From positions 1,760,001 through 1,824,000 of the forward strand of contig CAWJWJ010000002.1 of NCBI GenBank assembly GCA_963846575.1: 64,000 nucleotides of DNA, given 5' to 3'. A program made the position numbers and the translations under genes. The stretch is from an uncultured Nitrospiraceae bacterium (GTDB lineage Bacteria; Nitrospirota; Nitrospiria; Nitrospirales; Nitrospiraceae). The number at the start of each line of letters is the position of its first letter. The first letter of the stretch is position 1. This document shows positions 21,183-31,433 of the stretch, piece after piece. The notes under the pieces were generated by a model. The model saw nothing but the letters and a program-made list of their open reading frames with translations, was not told the DNA's origin and did no database searches.

Positions 21183-22079
21183 ATGCCGCTAAAATTTGCC
21201 CTCTACCCCGGATGCGCCGCCAAGGGCGCCACCCCGGAACTGTACCAATCCACCATGGCCATCATCGGCCGCCTGGGAATCGAGGTGGTCGAACTCGCCG
21301 CCTCATCCTGCTGCGGGGCGGGAGTGATCGGCGAGGCTGATCCCGATGTGGCACTGGCCCTGAACGCGAGAAACTTTGCGCAGGCCGAGCGGCTGGGGCT
21401 GGATGTCATGACCATCTGCGGCACCTGCCAGGGAGTCATGAGTGCGGCCAACCGGCGACTCAAAACCGAGCCGGGCACACTGGAGCGGATCAATCACATG
21501 CTCGAGCAGGACGGGATCGCCTACCATGGCGGCGTGCAGGTCAAACATCTCCTTTGGATTGCCGTACGGGATATCGGTCTCACGCATGTCACGGAGACGG
21601 TGCGGACTCCTTTTCGAGACTTTCGCATTGCCCCGTTCTATGGGTGTTACATGTTGCGGCCCTCCTGGGAACTCGGATTTGACGATCCCGAAAATCCTAC
21701 CTCACTGGAACAGATCATTCGCGCCGTCGGAGGGGAACCGGTCGCCTATGCGGGACGGACGAAATGCTGCGGCTTCCCCATCATCCTGGAGAAGGAGGCC
21801 ATCGCCGTCGCCATGGCCGGGACGAATATGAAGGACGCGCGCGATCACGGCGCCGACTTCATGGTGACACCCTGTCCGCTCTGTCACATGAGCCTGGATA
21901 TCTACCAGGAACGCGCCGGCCGCGCCGTCAAGACTGCCCTCAATCTGCCCATTCTCCATCTTCCGCAGCTGCTCGGACTCGCCATGGGCATTCCCGCACA
22001 GGATCTGGGGCTCTCGCGTCACCTGATCCCGGTCGACAGCATCCTCTCCCGCATGCCACGACGAGAACCGTCTCGATAA
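21183..22079 (+). CDS. CCG-domain protein (SdhE/HdrB-like membrane anchor of type E SQR/QFR)
   Basis: YPGC...SCCGAG...CGTC and YGC...KCCG...CPLC; two CCG domains. Confidence 0.88.
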   Translation: MPLKFALYPGCAAKGATPELYQSTMAIIGRLGIEVVELAASSCCGAGVIGEADPDVALALNARNFAQAERLGLDVMTICGTCQGVMSAANRRLKTEPGTLERINHMLEQDGIAYHGGVQVKHLLWIAVRDIGLTHVTETVRTPFRDFRIAPFYGCYMLRPSWELGFDDPENPTSLEQIIRAVGGEPVAYAGRTKCCGFPIILEKEAIAVAMAGTNMKDARDHGADFMVTPCPLCHMSLDIYQERAGRAVKTALNLPILHLPQLLGLAMGIPAQDLGLSRHLIPVDSILSRMPRREPSR

Positions 22080-22102
22080 CCTTTGCCATCGGAGCCGACG
22101 AC

Positions 22103-22417
22103 ATGAAAGTGATTGCATTGTCCGACTTTCAGCAGTTCAGCCAGGAAAAGATGAAGAAGAACAATCTGTTCGAAACGACACGGTTTTTCTGCGACATTTA
22201 TTGTTTCGAACCGGGCCAGGAACAGAAGGGTCACATTCACGGCGAACAGGACAAAGTCTATATCGTGCTGGAGGGGCAGGGGACGTTCCAGGTCGGACCG
22301 GAAAGGCGGGTCTTGGTGACCGGCCAGGGCACGATGGCTCCTGCCGGCGAGGAACACGGGGTGAAAAACCATACCGGCGAGCGACTCAAGGTGCTCGTAT
22401 TCGTCGCCCCTAATTAA
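22103..22417 (+). CDS. Cupin domain protein
   Basis: GGAG RBS; HIHGEQDKVYIVLEG and PAGEEHGVKN cupin motifs. Confidence 0.85.
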   Translation: MKVIALSDFQQFSQEKMKKNNLFETTRFFCDIYCFEPGQEQKGHIHGEQDKVYIVLEGQGTFQVGPERRVLVTGQGTMAPAGEEHGVKNHTGERLKVLVFVAPN

Positions 22418-22874
22418 TCATAGAGCCTGATTGACGACGATCCGTTGACTGCGGCCCCGTTGGCGCCACCGCCCGATGGTTCTCACAACTCAAACGTACC
22501 CGGCGGTTCAGGGCCGCCGGGGAGGGGCTTCCCAAACCGCCCGAGATGTCCAGACGGCGTATTTTCGAAGCCGACGCCGATGATGACATCCCATTCCACT
22601 GCCGTCATCTTGATCCCCCTGGGGCTTGGCTTGCACGGACACGCCCTACCGGCCAGCACACTCACTGTCTTCATCGGCCGCCTGCTCAGGTCCTCTTCCC
22701 TCGCTCTGGCGCCCTGCCTGCTTTCGCAGCCTGCCTTGTGGTTGAAACAGCGCTTGTGCATGCCCGCTCAACGCGTTCATAGCACGTAAGTCTGCACCGG
22801 ATGCAGCCTGCAGTCCGGCATGAGTGCTACAGATCAGGTGTCATGTCTAGCAAACTGGTGCTTAGGCGAGACCC

Positions 22875-23603
22875 TTACGTGGTAGCGAGTAGTTTGAGTC
22901 GTGGGAGGTCGCGTATGAGGAGGCGGGCGGCGGTGCCGGATACCAGGCGATTCTTCTTGAAGCGCGCCATGATCCGGATGGCGGTTTCAGTCGTCACTCC
23001 GACCATATTCGCCATATCCTGGCGCGTCAGGCGAACGGACAAGCGGATGCCGCCGGGGTCCTGCACGCCGCTGCGTTCGGCCAGACTCACCAGCAGGGAA
23101 GCCAGCCGTTGGTCGGCGCTATCCAGCGCCAGAATCTTGGCTTTCTCCTGTGCTTCATTAAGGCGGTTACCCAGATAGCGGATGACTTCCATCGCGGCAT
23201 CGGGATTACGCCGCAACATCTTGAAATACGCTTCCTTCTTCATCCGCAGCACGCTCACGTCGCCCATCGGCTGCGCCGTTCCCGGGTGGGAGGCTCCGTC
23301 AAAGGCCGAGGCGTCGCAACAAAAGAGATCGCCCGGCATGAGCACCTTCAGTGTGCATTCCTTCCCGTCGAGGGAAGACTTGACGCACTTCACGGACCCT
23401 TCCTTGACGATATGAAAGTATTCGGTGGGGTCCCCTTCGCGAAAAATATACTGGCCCTTCGCGTAGCGGGTTTCCGTCATTTCGCCCAGGATCTGCTGGC
23501 GATCCTGGGCACTGAGGATCTTGAGGAGGGGAATCTGGTTCAGTCCAAGCGGAAGACCGGCAGTGGACTGGTCAGCGGAGGGCCGCTTTGGCCGCTTCGA
23601 CAA
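22875..23603 (-). CDS. Crp/Fnr family transcriptional regulator
   Basis: cNMP-binding domain (IFREGD) and HTH LTRQDMANMVGVTTETAIR. The TTG start at 23603 is inferred from a GGAG RBS and overlaps the tkt 3' end. Confidence 0.88.
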   Translation of the reverse strand: MSKRPKRPSADQSTAGLPLGLNQIPLLKILSAQDRQQILGEMTETRYAKGQYIFREGDPTEYFHIVKEGSVKCVKSSLDGKECTLKVLMPGDLFCCDASAFDGASHPGTAQPMGDVSVLRMKKEAYFKMLRRNPDAAMEVIRYLGNRLNEAQEKAKILALDSADQRLASLLVSLAERSGVQDPGGIRLSVRLTRQDMANMVGVTTETAIRIMARFKKNRLVSGTAARLLIRDLPRLKLLATT

Positions 23604-25446
23604 TCGAGCGTACTCCAATTCCGAAATGATCGACGAGTTCCTCCGGCTTCCCGCTGCGCGGAATCTCACGAACTGCGAGTTTATGAACGCGCACTCCCTC
23701 GAGCGCCAGCGCACTCAAGACAATGTCGCCGATGCCACCATGGGCGTAATGATCCTCGACGGTCAGGAAGAGCCCGCCGGTCGCCCGCGCGCATTCGACG
23801 AGCGTGACCTGATCCACCGGCACAAGGCTATACAAGTCCACCACGCGAGTGGCAATCCCGGCAGCCTTCAACTGGTCATGCGCCTTCAGCGCCTCGAACA
23901 AGGTCACGCCGGCGGCGACGATCGTCAGTTTGTCGCTCGCACTCTGCCGGACGACCTTTGAGCCGCCGATGCGGAACGTTTCCTCAGGGCCGTAAATGAC
24001 CGGTGTCTTCGGGCGGCCGGCGCGCAGATACACCATGCCTTTGTGGGCTGCGGCAACTTCCATCAATTTGTACATCGACTGGGCATCGGAAGGGTACAGC
24101 ACCGTCACACCAGGTTGCGTGGACATCATGGCCAGGTCTTCCAGGCCCATCTGCGACGGACCGTCCTCACCGATGCTGACGCCGACGTGGGTCCCCACCA
24201 ACTTGATGTTCGACTGGCTGATGGCTGCCATGCGAATGAAATCATAGGCGCGCGTGAAGAACGCGGCGAAGGTCGCGACGAAGGGAATTTTTCCACAAGC
24301 GGCGATACCAGCCGCGGCGCCGAGCATATTCTGTTCGGCGATAAAATTTTCAAGAAATCGATCAGGAAAACGTTTGCCGAATTTCTCACTATAGGTGGAG
24401 TTCTTCACGTCGGCGTCGAGAGCGACCACCAATGGATTCGCCTCGCCGAGCGCCAGAAGCGCGACGCCGAAGGCTTCCCGGGTCGCGGCGGAGTCACCGA
24501 GTTTGTAGGGCGCCGGAGCGACGGATCCCTTGGTCATGGCGGCGGCTTTGACGGCGGTAGGCAGCTTGATCTGCGGCTGCGTCGAGTTGGGCTTCAGCCG
24601 GCGCGTGAGTTCATCCAGCGCCTTCTGCGTTTCCTCGCCCTTCTTCAGGGGTTTGCCATGCCAGTCCGGAAGATTTTCAATAAACGAGATCCCGTGCCCT
24701 TTAAACGTCTTGGCCAGCAGCACCGTCGGCCGGCCTTTCGTCCGACCGGCTTCGTCAAACGCCGCCAGAAGCGCGCCGAGATCATGACCATCGACGACGA
24801 TGGCATGCCACCCGAACCCGGCCCAGCGAGCCCGATAAGCTTCCATGTCATGTTGCAGCATGGTGGGATCACTTTGGCCCAGCCGATTGACGTCGATAAT
24901 TGCGCAGAGGTTATCCAGACCGGCATGACGCGCGACCTCCGCTGCCTCCCACACAGACCCTTCGGCGGACTCGCCATCACCCATTAACACGTAGGTGCGG
25001 TAGTCGGTCTTATCAATGGACTTCGCGTTGAATGCGAGGCCGACTCCGGCCGGCAATCCTTGCCCCAACGAGCCGGTGGCCATATCCACAAATGAAAGCC
25101 GGGGCGTCGGATGACCTTCAAGATCAGAGGTGAGCGTGCGAAGCTTGAGCAGCTCCGACGCTGGAAACAGACCGGCCTCCGCCCAGGCCGCATACAACAG
25201 TGGGGCCGCATGGCCTTTCGAGAGCACAAATCGATCGCTGTTGGGCAGCTTGGGATTCTTCGGATCGTACCGCATCACGGAAAAGAACAGGACGGACACG
25301 ATGTCTGCGGCTGAGCAGCAGCTGGAAGGGTGACCGCTCCCGGCCTCACTCGTGGCCTTGACGCTATCGATGCGAAGCTGTGTGGCTTTGTTGGACAGGA
25401 CGGTCAGGAGCTCAGACGTGGCTGTGGCAGCGGTCGAGGAAGTCAT
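23572..25446 (-). CDS. tkt: Transketolase (animal-type, 624 aa)
   Basis: GSGHP, SKGHAAP, GSLGQG, GDGE ThDP motif, IAEQNM, GEDGPSQM. Confidence 0.95.
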   Translation of the reverse strand: MTSSTAATATSELLTVLSNKATQLRIDSVKATSEAGSGHPSSCCSAADIVSVLFFSVMRYDPKNPKLPNSDRFVLSKGHAAPLLYAAWAEAGLFPASELLKLRTLTSDLEGHPTPRLSFVDMATGSLGQGLPAGVGLAFNAKSIDKTDYRTYVLMGDGESAEGSVWEAAEVARHAGLDNLCAIIDVNRLGQSDPTMLQHDMEAYRARWAGFGWHAIVVDGHDLGALLAAFDEAGRTKGRPTVLLAKTFKGHGISFIENLPDWHGKPLKKGEETQKALDELTRRLKPNSTQPQIKLPTAVKAAAMTKGSVAPAPYKLGDSAATREAFGVALLALGEANPLVVALDADVKNSTYSEKFGKRFPDRFLENFIAEQNMLGAAAGIAACGKIPFVATFAAFFTRAYDFIRMAAISQSNIKLVGTHVGVSIGEDGPSQMGLEDLAMMSTQPGVTVLYPSDAQSMYKLMEVAAAHKGMVYLRAGRPKTPVIYGPEETFRIGGSKVVRQSASDKLTIVAAGVTLFEALKAHDQLKAAGIATRVVDLYSLVPVDQVTLVECARATGGLFLTVEDHYAHGGIGDIVLSALALEGVRVHKLAVREIPRSGKPEELVDHFGIGVRSIVEAAKAALR

Positions 25447-25518
25447 GCGCGATCCTTTCAGGGTCGGAGCTGAGTGATAGTAAATGATGAGAGGAACAGA
25501 CCGGCTCTCTCTCTCCTG

Positions 25519-25547
25519 AAGCTAACAAAAGGCCTGCGGGGAGTCAA
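25519..25547 (-). promoter_or_regulatory. sigma70 promoter for tkt
   Basis: Minus strand TTGACT-N17-TAGCTT. Confidence 0.55.
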
Positions 25548-25599
25548 TGAATCGCTGTGTCTCCTGTGTCTCTGATGCTCCCGGCGCCGCTCGCGATTC

Positions 25600-25628
25600 T
25601 TGACACGGTAGGGGCAACTCGTTAAGAT
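25600..25628 (+). promoter_or_regulatory. sigma70 promoter for pyr operon
   Basis: TTGACA-N17-TAAGAT immediately before the PyrR leader. Confidence 0.8.
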
Positions 25629-25635
25629 CCAGTCG

Positions 25636-26331
<696 letters not shown>

Positions 26332-26345
26332 ACGGAGACCATGTC

Positions 26346-27266
26346 GTGGGGCTCAAGCGGAAAGACCTGCTCACGTTGACCGTCCTGTCGGCGGACGACA
26401 TCACCTTGATCCTGGACACGGCGGACTCCTTTAAGGAAGTGACGGGACGGGAGATCAAAAAGGTGCCGGCCCTGCGGGGCAAGACGGTGGTGAACCTCTT
26501 CTTCGAACCAAGCACCAGAACGAGAACCTCGTTTGAACTGGCGGCGAAACGATTGAGCGCCGATGTCATCAATTTTTCTCCCTCGTCGAGTAGTGTCGTG
26601 AAGGGGGAGACATTATTGGACACGGCCCGCAATATCGAAGCCATGCAGGCCGACATCATCGTGCTGCGCCATCCCTCAGCCGGTGCGGCGGAATCGTTGG
26701 CGAGAGGCGTGAAGTCATCCGTCATCAATGCCGGCGACGGATGGCACGAGCATCCTACCCAGGCCTTGCTGGACCTGTATACCATCCGTGGTCGGGGAAT
26801 GGGGTTCGCGGGTCTCCGCGTGGCCATCGTCGGTGACGTCGCCCATAGCCGCGTCGCCCGCTCCAACATTTTCGCCCTCACGAAACTCGGTGCGGAGGTG
26901 CGGGTCGTGGGCCCCCCCACCATGATTCCCCTTCATATCGACCGACTCGGGGTCCGCGTGTACCACAACCTGGACGAAGCGCTGGAGGGCGTTCATGTAA
27001 TCATGATGTTGCGGCTTCAACTTGAGCGACAGGGCCGGGCCCTGTTTCCCACGATCCGTGAATACGCGCGGCAGTACGGACTGACCAGCGACCGGGTCAA
27101 ACGGGCGGAACCTGGCGCGATCGTCATGCATCCCGGCCCGATCAATCGAGGCGTCGAGATCGCCCCGGATGTGGCGGACAGCATTTCGTCCGTCATTCTG
27201 GATCAGGTGGCCAACGGCGTGGCTGTGCGTATGGGCATTCTCTACCTCATGTCCGGAACGGGATAA
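26346..27266 (+). CDS. pyrB: Aspartate carbamoyltransferase catalytic subunit
   Basis: [25 protein letters not shown]. Confidence 0.97.
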   Translation: MGLKRKDLLTLTVLSADDITLILDTADSFKEVTGREIKKVPALRGKTVVNLFFEPSTRTRTSFELAAKRLSADVINFSPSSSSVVKGETLLDTARNIEAMQADIIVLRHPSAGAAESLARGVKSSVINAGDGWHEHPTQALLDLYTIRGRGMGFAGLRVAIVGDVAHSRVARSNIFALTKLGAEVRVVGPPTMIPLHIDRLGVRVYHNLDEALEGVHVIMMLRLQLERQGRALFPTIREYARQYGLTSDRVKRAEPGAIVMHPGPINRGVEIAPDVADSISSVILDQVANGVAVRMGILYLMSGTG

Positions 27267-27319
27267 GACGGCCAGAGAACCCTCCTTTTTTTACCCTTTT
27301 TTCTCTTAATGAGTGAACG

Positions 27320-28594
27320 ATGACCATACTGATTCAAGGCGGGCACGTGATCGACCCCGGACGGTTCAACGGGCTCGCGGATGTGCTGATCCAGGACAGG
27401 AAAATTTCAGCGATCGGCCAAGCGCTCGCGGCGCCGGCCGGCGCCAGGGTGATTCAAGCGAGGGGCCGGCTGGTCCTCCCGGGGTTCGTCGATCTCCACG
27501 TACACTTTCGCGAGCCCGGGTTTGAATACAAGGAAACGATTCAGTCGGGGACTGCCGCGGCCATTGCGGGCGGCTTCACGTCCGTCTGCGCCATGCCCAA
27601 CACCAACCCCGTAAACGATAATCAATCGATCACCGAGTTCATGATCGACCGCGCCAAGGCCGCCGGCAATGCCCATCTCTATCCGATCGGCGCCATCACG
27701 AAAGGATCGGAAGGCAAGGAGTTGGCGGAGATCGGCGATCTTCGTCGCGCCGGCTGCGTCGCGATTTCCGACGACGGAAAACCGGTGATGAATAGTCTCG
27801 TGATGCGGCGGGCTATGGAGTATGCGCGCGCTTTCGATGTGCCGGTGGTCGATCATTGCGAGGATTTGCACCTTTCGGAAGGTGGCTGCATGAACGAAGG
27901 ATTGGTATCGACCGAGCTTGGCCTGCCCGGGATCCCCTCGGCAGCGGAGGATGTGATGGTGGCCCGCAACGTCTCCCTCGCGGAATTGACCGGCGCCCGG
28001 CTGCATCTCGCGCACATCAGTACCGCAGGGTCGGTGCGGATGGTACGGGAAGCCAAGTCGCGCGGGCTCAAAGTCACGGCGGAAGCTTGTCCGCATCACT
28101 TCACCCTCACCGAAGAACTCACCCGCGGGTACAACACCCACGCGAAAATGAACCCTCCGCTCAGGACCTGGCAGGACGTACAGGCAATCAAGGAAGGGCT
28201 GCGGGACGGGACCATCGACGTCATTGCGACAGACCACGCGCCGCATGCGACGCAGGAAAAGCAGCAGGAGTTTACCGAGGCGCCCTTCGGCATTGTCGGG
28301 TTGGAGACGGCCTTATCCCTGACCATGGCGCTGGTCGAGGAGGGCGTGCTCACGCTCGAATCGGCGATCGACAAACTCGCGACGGCCCCGGCAAAAGCCT
28401 TCAGCCTCGAGGCCGGAACCCTGGCGGTCGGCGCTCCGGCCGACGTCGCCATTGTCGATCCGCAGGCCCAGTGGGAGGTCGATCCCTCACGCTTCCGGTC
28501 CAAGAGTCGCAACACGCCCTTCGCAGGCTGGAAGGTCAAGGGGCAGGTGACAACCACCATCGTCTCCGGAAGAGTGGTGTTTGAACTTGAGTGA
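27320..28594 (+). CDS. pyrC: Dihydroorotase (type I)
   Basis: DLHVHFREPG, MPNT, KMNPPLR, TDHAPH. Confidence 0.96.
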   Translation: MTILIQGGHVIDPGRFNGLADVLIQDRKISAIGQALAAPAGARVIQARGRLVLPGFVDLHVHFREPGFEYKETIQSGTAAAIAGGFTSVCAMPNTNPVNDNQSITEFMIDRAKAAGNAHLYPIGAITKGSEGKELAEIGDLRRAGCVAISDDGKPVMNSLVMRRAMEYARAFDVPVVDHCEDLHLSEGGCMNEGLVSTELGLPGIPSAAEDVMVARNVSLAELTGARLHLAHISTAGSVRMVREAKSRGLKVTAEACPHHFTLTEELTRGYNTHAKMNPPLRTWQDVQAIKEGLRDGTIDVIATDHAPHATQEKQQEFTEAPFGIVGLETALSLTMALVEEGVLTLESAIDKLATAPAKAFSLEAGTLAVGAPADVAIVDPQAQWEVDPSRFRSKSRNTPFAGWKVKGQVTTTIVSGRVVFELE

Positions 28595-28723
28595 GGATCA
28601 GCGGTCTCAGATCATGCAAGCACGGACGGGCAGATGTGCTCCTGCTTTTTCCCTAGTGGGCCGCGGAGGAAGGCGAAGAGTGCACCGGCGGACTTGTGTG
28701 CCAGCGTGCCAGAGGCGGACAAC

Positions 28724-29227
28724 GTGCGGCAGGGATTGATTGCCTGCGTCATCTGTGAAGTGCTGGCACTGGCAATCTGGACTGGCGGCTTGATTGTGCT
28801 GGTCGCAGCCGTGATTCCCGCTGTGTTCAATACCTTCGGCGGCCAGGATACCGGGGGCTTCTTTCTGACCCGGGCCTTCGACGGGTATAATCGGTTAGTC
28901 CTCGGCGCGGCGACGGTGCTGACCGTGGGAATCCTGTGGCGGGCCTGGTTGATTCAGCAGGGAAAGGCAGAGGGTGAGATCTCGCGAACGGAATGGCTGC
29001 TGCTGGGAGGAATGCTCCTCATCGCCGGCGTCATTACGTTTGTGCTCCATCCCCAGGCTGCGGCCCTGCAGGCGCAGGCGTTTGCTTCGAAAGGCGAAGA
29101 CGCGAGGAAAGCGGCTTTCGAGGCGTTCTTTCAAATGCACAAACCCGTGCGGATTTTGTATATCCTCAATCTGGGGTTAGGGATCGCGCTGCTGACCGAA
29201 CGCGTGCGATCGTGGATTCCCCGTTAA
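28724..29227 (+). CDS. DUF4149-like membrane protein
   Basis: Four TMs; WTGG...PAVF and F..MH pattern. GTG start inferred (ORF opens at 28634). Confidence 0.7.
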   Translation: MRQGLIACVICEVLALAIWTGGLIVLVAAVIPAVFNTFGGQDTGGFFLTRAFDGYNRLVLGAATVLTVGILWRAWLIQQGKAEGEISRTEWLLLGGMLLIAGVITFVLHPQAAALQAQAFASKGEDARKAAFEAFFQMHKPVRILYILNLGLGIALLTERVRSWIPR

Positions 29228-29230
29228 GGA

Positions 29231-30421
29231 GTGATGGTGAAAAAAGCGATTCTTGCCCTGGCCGATGGAACCTGGTTCGAGGGGCGGGCTTTGGGAGCAG
29301 AAGGCGAAACCGATGGCGAAGTCGTGTTCAACACGGCCATGACCGGCTATCAAGAAGTGCTGACCGATCCCTCCTATCGAGGACAGATCGTGACCATGAC
29401 GTGTCCGCACATCGGGAACTACGGGGTGAACCCGGAAGACGCCGAGTCAGATCGGATCTGGGCAGAAGGATTCGTGGTCAGGGAGTCCAGCCGGGTGGCG
29501 AGCAATTGGCGCAGCAAGGCCACCCTTCAAGAATATTTACAGACCGCCAACATCGTCGGGATCGAAGGGGTGGATACCAGGGCACTCACGACGCACTTGC
29601 GCGAAAAAGGCGCGCAGCCGGGCGTGATTTCCCACGTCGACCTTGAGCCTCGCCGGTTAGCGGAGAAGGCACGGCAAGCTCCCGGCATCCTTGGTCGGGA
29701 CTTGGCCGCCACCGTCACCTGTGGCCGCAGCTACCGCTGGACCACCGGGACCGGAGACTGGGCACCCAAATTGGAAATGCCCGGCACCGAGGCCGCTGTC
29801 AGGCCGAAAGCGACCTGGCGCGTGGTGGCGTATGATTTCGGAATCAAACAGAACATCTTGCGGCGACTGGTCGATGTGGGCTGTGACGTCACCGTCGTAC
29901 CGGCATCCACCTCGGCGAAGGATGTGTTGGCGCTCAATCCCCACGGGTTGTTTCTGTCGAACGGTCCCGGCGACCCGGAGGGGGTGCCCTATGCCATGAC
30001 GGCCCTGCGGGAGCTGATTGGCCGGCTACCGATCTTCGGCATTTGCCTGGGGCACCAACTGCTCGGTCTGACCTTCGGCTTCTCCACGTACAAATTAAAG
30101 TTCGGTCACCATGGGGCCAATCATCCCGTCATGGACCTTCGGACGGGAAAAGTGGAAATTACATCCCAGAACCATAACTTCGGCGTGCGCTTTCCCAGCA
30201 CCCGGCCCCCGGGAGGACAAGAACTGCCGATTGCCGATACGGCGTTCGGTCGAGTGCAGTTGACCCACACCAGCCTCAATGACGGGTCCGTCGAGGGTCT
30301 GCGCTGTCTCGACCGTCCGGTGTTTTCGGTACAGTACCATCCCGAGGCCTCACCAGGCCCGCACGACTCCTCCTATCTCTTCGACCAATTTGTGGACTTA
30401 ATGGAGACACATCATGCATAG
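29231..30421 (+). CDS. carA: Carbamoyl-phosphate synthase small subunit
   Basis: [34 protein letters not shown]. Confidence 0.97.
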   Translation: MMVKKAILALADGTWFEGRALGAEGETDGEVVFNTAMTGYQEVLTDPSYRGQIVTMTCPHIGNYGVNPEDAESDRIWAEGFVVRESSRVASNWRSKATLQEYLQTANIVGIEGVDTRALTTHLREKGAQPGVISHVDLEPRRLAEKARQAPGILGRDLAATVTCGRSYRWTTGTGDWAPKLEMPGTEAAVRPKATWRVVAYDFGIKQNILRRLVDVGCDVTVVPASTSAKDVLALNPHGLFLSNGPGDPEGVPYAMTALRELIGRLPIFGICLGHQLLGLTFGFSTYKLKFGHHGANHPVMDLRTGKVEITSQNHNFGVRFPSTRPPGGQELPIADTAFGRVQLTHTSLNDGSVEGLRCLDRPVFSVQYHPEASPGPHDSSYLFDQFVDLMETHHA

Positions 30422-31384
30422 CCAGTGGCAAGTTTGTGCCGGTTTGGCCGTCCTCATGCTCGCGTTGACGCAAACGGCCTGTGTGACGATCAACCTGCCG
30501 CCCGGACCAGGCGCGCTGGAGGAACATAAGGTCAGTGGAAGCGGCAAGGACAAGGTCTTGCTGCTGGACATCTCGGGCGTCATCAGCTCAGAGAACAAGG
30601 AGAGCTTCTATACGTCACCGGGGATGTTGGCGACCGTCAAGGAAGAATTAGAACGTGCCGCAAAGGACGAGCGGGTCAAGGCGATTGTGCTCCGGATCAA
30701 CAGTCCGGGCGGCACGGTTACAGCCTCCGACATCATTTACCATGAACTGAAAACATTCAAAGCCTCGCGGAACATCCCGGTGGTGGCTTCGATCATGGAT
30801 GTCGGTGCGTCTGGCGGCTACTACATTGCCGCCGCAGCCGATAGCGTGCTGGCCCATCCCTCTTCGGTGACCGGCAGCATCGGCGTGATCATGCTGACCG
30901 TCAATGCAAGAGGCCTCTTAGAAAAGGTCGGCGTGGAAACGAATGCCGTGACCTCCGGACCCAGGAAAGACATGGGCTCACCGTTCCGAGTGATGTCGCC
31001 GGAAGAACGCGGGGAATTTTCCAAAGCGTGATCGACTCATTCTATCAGCGCTTTCTTCAGATCGTACAGGAAGGGCGTCCGGGATTGTCGGCTGAGCATA
31101 TCAGGAAACTGGCCGATGGCCGGATTTATTCCGGAGATCAGGCCAAGGCCGCGGGACTGGTCGACGAGATCGGCTATCTCGATGACGCGATCGAGGTCGC
31201 TAAGAAGAAAGCGGGTCTCACCGAGGCGCGGGTGGTGACCTATCGGCGGCGCGGCGAATATCAGAATAATATCTATTCGCGTCTCGTCGCACCGGCCCCG
31301 AGGATCGCCAATCTGGCGAACATTGATCTGCTGTCGATGGTGCGGGGTGGGACGCCGCAGTTCATGTATCTCTGGATGCCGTGA
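30414..31384 (+). pseudogene. sppA: Signal peptide peptidase SppA (S49), split by an apparent frameshift near 31011
   Basis: 30414-31031 has a lipobox, INSPGG, ASGGYY and GSIGV. 31028-31384 continues the domain (ADGRIYSGDQAKAAGLVDEIG) in the -1 frame. May be a sequencing error. Confidence 0.8.
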
Positions 31385-31433
31385 GCCGGGAAGTGCATCC
31401 TGTGCGCGGTGCTGATTGAATGGAGTGGATCTG

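Noticed and set aside
21183..22079. Heterodisulfide reductase/methanogen-like pathway
   Set aside because: No hdrA/hdrC nearby. The type-E-like sdhB in the window is a simpler partner.
22418..22874. RNase P RNA, tmRNA, SRP or 6S RNA
   Set aside because: Lacks GAGGAAAGTCC, tRNA-like ends and the SRP GGAAGGAAGCAGC motif. The 6S resemblance is too weak.
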